Shown here in pieces: positions 51,548 through 62,947 of a stretch of 64,000 nt of DNA (the first letter of the stretch is position 1; each line of letters opens with the position of its first letter). The stretch lies in assembly GCF_030684315.1 (NCBI RefSeq), contig NC_081380.1, positions 10,089,575-10,153,574 on the forward strand, read 5' to 3'. The position numbers and the translations under genes are program-made. The notes beneath the pieces are model-generated. The model was not told the origin of the DNA and searched no databases. It saw only the letters and a program-made list of their open reading frames with translations. The stretch is from Stegostoma tigrinum (taxonomy: Eukaryota).

Positions 51548-52571
51548 GTTCCAGTTTCCTCCTTTGTGGAAGACTATGGTTATCAGCTTTAATGCAATAG
51601 ACAAGTATCCTCTGGGTGTTACATAACAATCTAGTCAAAACGTGTCCAAACAACTCACCTTGAGCTGGGTGGAGGGGTTAGGATGGGATCTTAGCGGATA
51701 TACAACACAGACAGGCCTGATCCTGTATGTCAAACGGAGCTGTGCTGGGTGGAATTTTCAACTGCCCATCCATAGGCCCCATTCTCCACTTCAGTATGAC
51801 AACTATTGGTGCTATAGGTCAATGCCCAAAAGCTCTATGAAAAAATGGCAAGTCTCCCCGAAGCAGGTGAAGCGCAGGAGGCTAAAGAATGGGAAATATG
51901 GAGACAGATACTCATCTCCCACATAAGTCTGTAACTGTCCTAATGCAGAACATTCATTTTAAAAAGCTGATTGCGGATCATGGAGGAGGCAAGGCTGAAG
52001 GTAAGCCTTGGGAACTGCCTAATACTAATGCGCTGGGGCTTGGTAAGACTTTCTAGAAACAGGCAACTGGAGATGGTTGGCGCCTCTCCCCTGTTGAGGC
52101 CCTTGTTATCTCAGCAACGTTCTGTCCATATACTCGGCTAAATCAGTCTCTGCATCTGTACAAGCAGCAGTGCCCTCAAATGCACAGTCCTCACAGTGGT
52201 AAATGCAAAAGAAGATGTCAAATAAAGAGATTCTAATAATATTTGCATATGCCTTTTGTGTCAGTGTGTAAGTCACTGCTTCATTCCATAGCTGTGTGAC
52301 CTTCTCCAGCCCTGAAAACCTCAGACCTCTGCAAATTGAGGCCTCCTGCTTATCTCTGATTTTAATCGGCACTTCTGCGTTCAGCTCCCAAGACTCTAAC
52401 CTCTGGAATCACCTCCTTAAGCCACCTTCCCTTCCTCTTCAGGTAGTTCTGTAAACCTATCTTTCTGACCACCTTTGGGGCTGAGTCCGCAAATATCCTG
52501 TTAAAAAGACCTGGGGTCATTTTGAGTTTGAATATTCAGCTGTGATGCCAGCACTCAAAATGTACAGTGAG

Positions 52572-52625
52572 GTGGAGGGTTGGGTGGAGGGTTGGGAGGG
52601 GGTTGGGGCGGGGGGACGGTGGCGG
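52572..52625 (+). repeat. G-rich tract with G-quadruplex potential
   Basis: ggtggagggttgggtggagggttgggagggggttggggcgggggg contains more than four G3 runs. Confidence 0.75.
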
Positions 52626-52809
52626 TGAAGAAAGAAAATCGCTTGTGACACAGCAAAATCCCCCAGGGGTAAGATTATTCACAGCAGTGACCACTCAGAA
52701 GGAAGTTCTGGGACTCTAATTCCCCAGCATTGACGACTCAGCCCAGGCATCACGGTTCGTCACGTCATGCAGCATTGTCAGACGTTTGAGTAAATTATGT
52801 CAGTGCTGA

Positions 52810-52970
52810 TGCACTTTAGGGAAGGAAACTATCATCCTTACCAGGTCTGGCCGACATGCGACTCCAGACCCACAGCAACGTGGTTGACTCTTAACAGCCC
52901 TCTGGGCAATTGGGGATGCAATAAATGCTGCCCAGCCAGCGATGCCCTCATCCCACGAATGCATTAAAAG
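52810..52970 (+). mobile_element. SlmI/MetaSINE-like SINE, 3' half
   Basis: ctttagggaaggaaac...actccagacccacagcaacgtggttgactcttaac...aataaatgctg...catcccacgaatg. Confidence 0.75.
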
Positions 52971-53149
52971 AAACTTTTCAAATGGCAGTCATGACAACCA
53001 AGATTTTTTTCATGCTATTTCAGTTTTCCTTCATAAAAACAATTATATTCTGGTGGTGGACACATTGAGCTCAATTGGTGTATTTTAGAACACCTTTGTT
53101 TGCTGTTTGCTAACTGATGTGGGGTTAAACAAAGCACGGACAATAATCG

Positions 53150-53357
53150 AAGATAATAAAGTGTGGAGCTGGATGAACACAGCAGGCCAAGCAGCATCTT
53201 AGGAGCACAAAAGCTGACGTTTCAGGCCTAGACCGTTCATCTAAGCCTGAAACATCAGCTTTTGTGCTCCTAAGATGCTGCTTGGCCTGCTGTGTTCATC
53301 CAGCTCCACACTTTGTTATCTTGGGTTCTCCAACATCTGCAGTTCCCATTATCACTG
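53150..53357. mobile_element. Neptune-like PLE terminal fold-back insertion
   Basis: Inverted arms joined at the hammerhead. Imperfect TSD ac(g/a)ga(c/t)aataatcga at 53136-53150 and 53358-53372. Confidence 0.88.
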
Positions 53358-54003
53358 ACAGATAATAATCGATGTTGAAAGGCACGAATAAGATAGATTT
53401 GTTTTCGGTTGGTTTACTGTCGCAGGACAACAGTGTAGGGTGTCTACTTCGTGACTTGTTCAGAGTCTTTCAATGCATGGGAAATGACTGTTGGGGACAT
53501 GCTGTACTTTTAAGTACTAATTAGTACTTTTCTCTCAACTTGATCATTTGAATGAAGGTCTTGGCCCTTTCTAAAATGATGATAAAATTAAACTGAAAGG
53601 AAAACTGCCATCAGACCCCAAGAACATCACACTGACTATTTTTGACACAGTTTTGAACTCCAGGGGCACGTGTACTGTATTTTCTGTTGGTCAGGATTGG
53701 TTTACACTCAGACTCACTGGTTCTCCATTACAAACGTGAGCAGCTGCAGTTCCAGCCTTAAACCAGTGTTAACAGCTGCTGTAGATAAGTTTCAGGAATG
53801 AGCTCAACAATATCTTGATGCCCAGAGACCAATCTGCAATCTAACACTTTAGAAAGGACTGTTTCAGGCCAGTGGTTCCAGTCTGTGCTGACATTAGGGG
53901 AATGATAAAACCAAAAACGCTTTGCTGCAAAGTACATAAAGGTCTCAAAGTACTTTTAAAAATTATTGCACACTCGAAAGGGATCCCTGGCAAAGCCAAT
54001 GTT

Positions 54004-54349
54004 TCATAGAATCTTGACAGTGTGGAAACAGGCCATTCGGTCCATCAAGTCTATACCAACCCTCCGAAGAGCATGCCACCCAGACCCACTTGTCGACAAT
54101 ATCCTTCATTTCCCAAGGCTAACCCACCTAGTTTGCGCATCCCTTGACACAATGGGAGACTTCCTATGGCTAATCTACTTAACCTGTGCATCTTTGGGCT
54201 GTGGGAGGAAACTGAAGCACCCGGACGAAACCCACGTAGACATGGGAAAACATGCAACCTCCACACAGCCAGTCGCCTGAGGCTGGAATTGAACCAGTGT
54301 CCCCGGCACTGTGAGGCAGTATTGCTAACTACTGGCCCACCATGTCACC
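54004..54349 (-). mobile_element. HE1-like V-SINE
   Basis: Reverse-complement head, V-domain and tail. Confidence 0.85.
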
Positions 54350-55029
54350 TTTGTTGCCAATCCCTAACTGCCCTTGTAATGTCGAAGAGTTATCTTCTTG
54401 AATCATTGCTCTCTGTGGCGCTGCTGGAAATAGAGTTCAGGCTTTTGCCCCAGCGACTGCAAGAAAAATGGTGATATATCTCCTAGTCAGGACGGCATGC
54501 AACTCAGACCGGAACTTGGATATGATGTCTCCACGTATCTGCTGCCCCAGTCCTCCTGGATGGTAGAGATCCCAGGAACCTTGGTGAATTGCTGTGGTGC
54601 ATTTGTAGATGATACACACAGAATGACAGAATCGTTACAACGCAGAAACATCCTGCAGTGTCTGCGATGGCTCTCCAAACAAGTAATTCACTCAGTTGCA
54701 TTCAACAGCCTTCTCCCCACAGCTCTGCACATTCCTCCCCCTTAGCAATTAGTCTAATTCCATTTTAAAGGCTTCCGTTTAACCTGCCTCCACCACACAC
54801 TCAGGCAGAGCATTCCAACCCCTAACCACTTGCTATGTGAACCAGTTTCCCTTATTTAATTGGTGTTTCCTTTAAAAAAAATACTTTATATATGTGCCTA
54901 CTCATTCTCCAACCTTTCACAAGTGGGAACAGTTTCTCCATTCATACTGTCTTGGCCACACACCATTTTCAGTCCTTCTGTCGAATCTCCTCTCACTTTC
55001 TCTTCGAGGAAAATAGTCCAAACTTCAAC

Positions 55030-55890
55030 ATTTGCAAAAATGTTTTCAGCCAGAAGTGCCCAGTGGACAATCCATTTTGGCCTCCTCCAGGGGACCCCAG
55101 AATTACAGATGTCAACTTTCAGCCAATTCGATTCACTCCGCATGATATCACAAAACAGTCGGAGAACACTGGATACTGCAAAGGCTATGGGCCCGGACAA
55201 CATTCCAGCAACAGTACTGAAGACTTGTGCTCCAGCACTTGCCGCTCCCCTGGCCATGCTCTTCCAGTAAAGTTACAACACTGGTATCTACCCGGCAATG
55301 TGGAAAATTGCCCAAGTATGTCCTGTGCTCAAAAAGCAGGACAAATCCAATCCGGCCAATTACCGCCCCATCTCTTGATCATCAGTAAAGTGATGGAAGG
55401 TGTCATCAACAGTACTATCAAGCATCACCTGCTCAGCAATAATCTGCTCAGTGATGCCCAGTTTGGGTTCTGCCAGGGCCACTCAGTTCCTGACGTTATT
55501 ACAGCCTTCGTTCAAACATGGGCAAAAGAGCTGAATTCCAGAGGTGAGGCGAGAGTGACAGCCCTTGATATCAAGGCTGCATTTGACCGAGTGTAGTATC
55601 AAGGAGCCCCTCAGCAAAAAGGGAGTCAAAAGGAATCAGAGACAGAATTATCCGTTGGTCAGAGTCATACTTGACACACGGGAAGATGGTCGTGGTTGTT
55701 AGAGGTCAATCATCTCAGCTCCAGGACATCACTGCAGGAGTTCCTCAGGGTAGTGTCTTAGCCCCAACCATCTTCAGCTGCTTCATCAACAACCTTCCCT
55801 TCATCATAAAGTCAGAAGTGGGGATGTTTGATGATTGCACAATGTTCAGCACCATTCGCAGCTCCTCAGATACTGAAGCGGTCCATGTTC
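55030..55890 (+). mobile_element. CR1/L2-group LINE RT domain, frameshifted
   Basis: KAMGPDNIPATVLKTCAP, QFGFCQGHS, ALDIKAAFDRV, AGVPQGSVLAPTIFSCFINNLP, MFDDC. Confidence 0.9.
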
Positions 55891-57683
55891 ACACCACATA
55901 TGTGCCAAGCATGACCACGATATTCACGCCTTGATAGTCAATGGTGTTGTCATCGCTGCATCTCTCGTATTTGCAATAGAAATTATACCTTTCATATACC
56001 CCCTGAACCTGGATCCTGGCTTTATGTGAGTCATGTATGAAGACCCCAAAATCCCCTTGCATTGTAGCTTTCTGTAATCATTTTTCATATAAATTAAATT
56101 CACCTTTGTTCTTCCTGCCAAAATACATGACCTCACATTTTCCCACATTATATTCCTGCTGCCAGGTTTTTAGCCTGCCTACACACCCTCCCATAGACTC
56201 TGCGTTATCTTAATCACCTGCCTTCCCACCTATTTTCGCGTCACCCAAACTCATCCAAGTCATTAATATACAATGTCAATAATTAAGGCCTCAGCTTGGA
56301 TCCTTGTGACATGACACAAGTTACAGGTTGCCATTCTGAAACCGTTTCCCTTAATCCTAACACTCAATCTTTTATTAATTAGTGAATCCCCTATCTACTG
56401 GTCAGCCCAAGCCTGAATATTGTCCATATCTTGCCAGCTGCAGGCATGGACTGCTTCAATATTCGAGGAGCTATGAATGGTACTAAACACTGTCTAATCA
56501 TCAGCAACATCACCACTTCTAATCTCATGAAGAAGGGAAGGTTATCGATAATATCATGCAACTTTCGGGACTGGGTCTTCAATGAATAATGTGCTCCAAT
56601 AACCAGACACAGAGTTGCCTCTCTGATTCCCATTAAGTTCTATTTTGGTGGGGCTTTGCGGCATTTAGGACAGTCATCTTTCAGAAATTCTGTAGGTTTC
56701 AACCAAGTCTGTGGAGATGTCAGGAGAAAAGTGGATGTCTGTGTTACGGCTAACGCAGCCTGGTTAGGGATGTGGCCATTTCTGGAGCACAAGTCTTCAA
56801 TGTTACAGCCAGGATATTCTCAGGAACCAGTGCTTTTAGCTGTTCCTAATATTGGATGGAGTCAAGTGAATCGGCTGAAGACCAGTACATCCATGATGTC
56901 GGAGAGCTCGAGAGTAGGTCAGTATGAATCATCCACTCGGCACGTACAGTTGAAGAAACCAATACATTGGAAAAGGTTTCATGCTAAGGCAGCACAACTT
57001 ATTCAAAGATGGAAAAATAAAGAGGGTTCTACAATCTGTACTGTAAGTAGCGAGTTCCGTCATACTGACTCCATTTAAAGAGCAGTTTTGTCAGGAGAAA
57101 CCTCATAACACAGTCTTTAAAAGGGTCATTCACCATCTTCATCAAACGTCATCGGCAAGCTTTTGTCTTCTTGACAAGTAGATCGAAAGGTGGCTGATAT
57201 AAAGAATGGTGCCATGAACATGTCAAACGTGGCCTTTCTGACATCTTGCTGAATCTTTTTAAGAGAAGTATTGCTCCTTTGTGTGTAACATTTCACTATA
57301 CAAACCACTAAACAAAAAACGTTAAACTTGACAGATTGATAGATCACCCCGAATGTGGAGTTGCAATGTGTGTCCTTAAAGAGATGAACACTGAAGATAT
57401 TGCTGAGGATTTTAACCAGGAATTGATGCATTGGCGAGGACTTAAAGAGAACAACATGGAGGTTCAGAACAGAAGTGATGTGACCTGCAGAACGCATTTG
57501 TTCTTATTAGAAGAAAGGGGACCCGTAAAAGACTTCAAATGCTGTGTGAAATGGTCAATGTTGATTAAAATGATCCGCAAGGGCAAATGTTGGAGGGTTA
57601 ACACTGAATAAATGAGATTTAAAGTCATAGGATTCTACTCCTTGTCCCTGTCAAGGAAGGGTATGCAACAGCCTCTCAACTAA

Positions 57684-59279
57684 GAGATAATAGGAACTGT
57701 AGATGCTGGAGAATCTGAGATAACAAGGTGCAGAGCTTGTTGAACACAGCAGGCCAAGCAGCATCAGAGGAGCAGGAAGGCTGACATTTCGGGCCTAGAC
57801 CCTTCTTCAGAAATGGGGGAAGGGAAGGAGGCTCTGAAGTAAATAGGGAGAGAGGGGGAGGCAGATAGAAGATGGACAGAGGAGAAGATAGGTGGAGAGG
57901 ACACAGACTGGTCAAAGAGGCTGGGATGGAGCCAGTAAAGGTGAGCGTAGGTGAGGAGGTAGGGAGGAGAGAAGTCAGTCCAGGGAGGATGGACAGGTCA
58001 AGAGGGCGGGATGAAGTTAGCAGGTAGGAAATGTGGGTGTGGCTTGAGGAAGGAGGAGGGGATAGGTGACATGAAGAACAGGTTAGGGAGGCGGGGACAA
58101 GCCGAGCTCGTTTTGGGATGCGGTAGGGTAGAGGAGATTTTGAAGCTGGTGAAGTCCACATTGATACCATTGGGCTGCAGGGTTCCCAAGCGGAATATGA
58201 GTTGCTGTTCCTGCAACCTTCGGGTGGCATCGTTGTGGCACTGCAGGAGGCCCAGGATGGACATGCTGTGTGCGGAATAGGAGGGGGAGTTGAAGTGATT
58301 CGCGACTGGGAGGTGCAGTTGTTTAGTGTGAACCAAGAGTAGGTGTTCTGCAAAGCAGTCCTCAAGCCTCCGCTTGGTTTCCCGATGTAGAGGAGGCCAC
58401 AATGGGAACAAGTGGATGCAGTACACCACATTGGCAGATGTGCAGGTGAACATCTGTTTGATGTGGAAGGTCTTCTTAGGGCCTGGGATGTGGTTAAGGG
58501 AGGAGGTGTGGGGGCAGGAGTAGCACTCCCTGCGGTTGCAGGGAGAAGTGCCGGGTGTGGTGGGGCTGGAGGGGTCTGTGGAGCGGACAAGGGAGTCACG
58601 GAGAGAGCGGTCCCTCCGGAAAGCAGATAAGGGTGGTAGTGGGGTCGGATTGCAGATGGCGGAAGTGTTGGAGGATGATGCGTTGTATCCAGAGTTTGGT
58701 GGGGTGGTACGTGAGGATGAGGGGGATTCTGTGTTGCTTGTTATTGCGGGGAGCAGGTGTGAGGGATGAGTTGCGGGAAATGCGGGAGACACGGTCAAGG
58801 ATGTTCTCGACTACTGAGGAGGGGGAAGTTGTGGTCCTTGAAAAATGAGGACATCTGAGATGTAGGGAGTGGAATGTCTCATCCTGGGAGCAGATGCAGC
58901 GGAGGCAAAGGAAATGGGAATACGGGATGACATTTTTGCAGGAAGGTGGGTAAGAGGAGGTGTATTCTAGGTAGCTGTCGGAGTCGGTGGGCTTGAAATA
59001 GATATCGGTTTCGAGGTGGTTGCCTAAGATGGGGACAGATAGGTCCAGGAAGGAGAGAGGTATTAGAGATGTCCAGGTGAGCTTAAGGTTGGGGTGGAAG
59101 GTGTTGGTAAAGTGGATGAACTGTTCGAGCGCCTTGTGGGAGCACAAGGCGGTGCTGATACAGTCATCGATGTAACAGAGGAATAGGTGAGGTTTAGGAC
59201 CAGTGTAGGAATTGAAGAGGGATCATTCCACGTAACCTACAAAGAGGCAGGCATAGCTTGGGCCCATGCAGGTACCCAC
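57684..59279 (-). mobile_element. Neptune-like Penelope element, 5'-truncated and frameshifted (RT end, Cys linker, GIY-YIG, terminal repeat)
   Basis: FLDLSV...YFKPTDSDSYL, CNRRECYSC, VVYCIH, EQQLIFRLGTLQPNGIN; variant hammerhead ctgaagaagggtctaggcccgaaatgtc at about 57783-57810. Confidence 0.93.
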
Positions 59280-60419
59280 TGATCTCCGTCTTTTTTTTAA
59301 AATGAAAACCCATTATCAAAATTAACTAAATTAAATAATCAAACAGCAACAGTTAACACTAAAGTGACTCCAGCCACTTTTAAAAAAGTCAGGTGGGGAA
59401 CCAGATGCAAACACCTAACCCTCAATTCTGACCAATACAGATTTCCTCGGTAAAGTGGGATGTTAAATACAGGCACGAAATGCACATCCACTGTGCCATG
59501 TGAAAATAACCCAGAGTTTAAAAAGACCCAATTTCCAAATGACGTAATTCATAACTTGAGTGCCATGAATTTACAGAGGAGGCATCAATGGTCTTGAAGA
59601 CTGACAGTTTTAAGAATGTATTAAAGGATTAGCATGTTTGCTGTGGTTATTGAATAGACATTTTTGCTTTTATAATTGGTTGACCATTAGAGGGTAGTTA
59701 AATTCATTGACTGGGTTTCACAATTGAGTGTTTTTGTCCTGCACTGAACTAAGATTTTCTTTCATCTTCTCAGTCCGGTTCCCCCTGCCCCTAAAAGTGG
59801 CTATTGAAGTGGCATGGAGAGAGGCACAGACGGAGGGTTGAAGGACCTAACAGCCCTTTATAACACCAGGGCAAAGGTTTAAAGAACCGAATCACATCTT
59901 CTATCCAGCATACCCCTGCACTTACCCACCTCCAAGGTGACCTCTGACCTGCCTCCAGAGGCTGCAGGACCGATTCAATCAAGCCCCGTTCTCTCAGGGT
60001 CCAGAAACAGCGCATGTTGGGGACCTTGAAACTGACCAGATCTTCCCAGTTGGGACAGTGCCTGGCGCAAGCTAACCACCTGCTCAGTGAAAATCCGGCT
60101 CCTTGCCTATCCATCATGTATCAGCAACCGTCCATCAGTGTTGTCCACGGGCATGGGTGTGAAGTGCAGCACCCTTATTCAAATCCCATTACCTCATCAC
60201 CCACGCACATGCTGACCAGCTTTTGGTGAAACAGGTTTTTAAATCCTCATTCCCATCCATATAACCTCCTCCAGCCCCAAAGGTATCAGTGCTCCTCCAC
60301 TTCTGGACTCTCAAGGACCTGAGTTTAAAATCACTCTACTATTGGGAGCCATGCCTACAATAGCTGAGTATTCAGTCCTGGAATTCCCTCTTATACTGCT
60401 CTTTCCTTCAAGAGATTTC

Positions 60420-60742
60420 TGTTTTAATTCAATCATGGCATGATAGGCCCTGCATTTATCGCACAAGTCAACCCAATGGTGGTGGTTCTGGAGTCATATA
60501 TAGCTGGGAGATGGTCACATAACAGTGACCAGATGGACTTTTCCCCACTACAATCAGCAATGGATTTGCTCTTAACTCCACTTTTCTTTTTAAATTGAAT
60601 TCAAATTCCACTATCTGCCATAGCAGGATTTGAATTCAAATTCCACTATCTGCCATAGCAGGATTTGAACCTGGGTCACCAGAACTTTACCTGAGTTGCT
60701 GGATTAACAGTCCAGTGATAATACCGCTAGGCTGTCACCTCT
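60420..60742 (-). mobile_element. SlmI/MetaSINE-like SINE with an internal 35-bp tandem duplication (60595-60669)
   Basis: Reverse complement of the head seen at 62525-62640. Confidence 0.7.
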
Positions 60743-62523
60743 CCACTCTTAAAACTGACCTCTGACCAACCTCTCAGCTGCTGCTCTAATATTGCCTTCC
60801 GTAGCTAAGTGTCAAATTTGTTTTCCCATGCCCCCGTGAAGCACTTTGGGCTGTTTTCTTACATTAAAGATACCAAATAAATACAAGTCACTGGGCTTCC
60901 TTATCAAAGTGCATACAGAACGTTGAGTGTGTCACTTGGGAGACTGGGAGACTGGTAGAGGGGCATGATGGGCAGGAAATGCACACTAAGAGACGACTAT
61001 GACTTGCTGGCTGTTGTCACCACAGCCTCTCTGAAGAGGGAAAATTGGGAGCAGGTGCAATAATTTCTGCATGGCCTGCATTTAGCACAGAATGTCCATT
61101 TGTGGTTGTAACAATGACTTGTATTAGCAACCAATGTCAGGCAGCTGGATAACCTCATAAAGGCTCAGGAATCGCTGAGCAAATTCACCGTTTGCTTTTT
61201 TTCGAAGGGGCGAAAACAGAGAGATTGTGTCTCAGACAATTCTGCCTCATATTGTTCCAGAAAATCAAAATCCTCTCAAAGCACCAACGGAAAGTCAGTT
61301 TTATCTCATTTCAAAAGCTTCAGCACAGTCCCTGTATAACTGTAATATGATATCAAACTGGTTGGAATCTATCCCTCTCCTAACACAGGCTTAAAAGTCG
61401 TGCGCACTCCAATTTAAGCCCAGTCGCTGGCTTTCTAATACTTGTAAGTGTTGGTTACTAATAGCTCAGGGCTAACTGGAGAGCAGCAGTGCCCTTATGG
61501 TAGTCAACCCGGTCTCAACCAGACTGATTACATGAACTAATCGAATATAGTCGAGGAGACAGTGGGGAGATATTAATTCTCTCATTTACTCCGGCTGGAG
61601 GAAGGGGTCCCTTACTAATTTCCCAACTCTCTCTTGTTTATGTACACAGTGGGTGGCTTTCTTGTCCCATCACTAATTCAGGCTCTTAAAAGTGTAATAG
61701 AAGGGGCCAAACCATGCAGGCATCCTGAAAAGCAAAAGTTGGAGTTGCTTGTGGGCTTTTAGTGGGAGCGGGACCCTCATTCAAAGACACTCAGAGGCTG
61801 ATAGAGAGGCTTGGTAGCAGTAACTGGGGGCCCACTCTGAGCTACTGCCTGCATCCCACCCTTGCTGCTTAGCCGATTCTCCTCTTTGGCGCCATCCCCT
61901 TAATCAGCCTTCCACCATCACTGAAAGAACTGCGGATGATCTAAATCAGGAACGAAAACACAAATTGCTGGAAAAGCTCAGCAGGTCTGGCAGCATCTGA
62001 GAAGAAAAATCAGTCAACATTTCAGGTCTGGTGACCAGTTCTGAGGAAGGGCCATTGGTCATCAGTGGATGGAGCCTCTTCCCCAGGGTCTCCCTGACGC
62101 TGGCAAAGATAAGCCACTGCTGAGTTAAAAGCCCAGTTGGCACTCAACTCACGGAGCCTTCTCAAAGAGGCAATGCCAGACTCTCGCTGGCTCTTCAACT
62201 AATGTTGAATATCGCCATCAATACATTAAATGCTGCATCCGATCTGGGTGAATATAGGGACACCAACCGTGGAATTCCTGCATTAGTGCTTTCAGTGCAG
62301 AGACCAGTTACAGAAGATGCCCTTTGGCACAGTCGGCAGCTTCCGCTAAACATTCTCTGTCAAGTAGAAAATGTCAGCACAGTGCTTCCTGCATATCTTT
62401 CTACAAACATGAGGCACCAATGCTTTCTTGTCACAAGAAACACTCAATGACTCAGTACAGTCTACTCCATGCCTTCAAATGAGGAGGATACACCAACAGA
62501 TCAATGGATAAGTGGGTTAGTCA

Positions 62524-62830
62524 GGAGGTGATGACCTATGGTATTATCGCTGGACTGTTAATCCAAAGACCCAGGTAATATTTTAGGGACCCAGGGTTCA
62601 AAGCCTGCCATGGCAGATGATGGAATTTGAATTTGATAAAAATACCTGGAATTAAGAGTCTAAAGACGACCATGAATCTATTGACAATTGTTGGGAAAGC
62701 CCACTGGTACACTCATGCCCTTTAAGAAAGGAAACTGCTATCCTGCATGCAACTCCAGACCCACAGCAATGCGGTTGACTCTTAAATGCTGGCCCTAGCC
62801 AGTGAAATCCATGTCCTGTGAATGAATTTT
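62524..62830 (+). mobile_element. SlmI/MetaSINE-like tRNA-derived SINE
   Basis: B box gggttcaaagcc, core actccagacccacagcaatgcggttgactcttaa and LINE-like tail. Confidence 0.72.
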
Positions 62831-62947
62831 TTAAAAAAACGTGATACAAGTCTATGCCTTGACCAGGTTGAAAGGGAGGGTACGGATGGACCTGGTGGCT
62901 GTGTGCTGGGAAAAGCAGCTCAATGTCAGTCAGATGCCTTTCAATTC

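Noticed and set aside
57676-58599. 307-aa Pro/Ser-rich minus-strand ORF
   Set aside because: Off-frame reading of the Penelope element and its C-rich 3' region.
21584-59933. Identical 14-mer acttacccacctcc at 21584-21597 and 59920-59933
   Set aside because: A few chance 14-mer matches are expected in 64 kb, and part of it is the splice-donor consensus.
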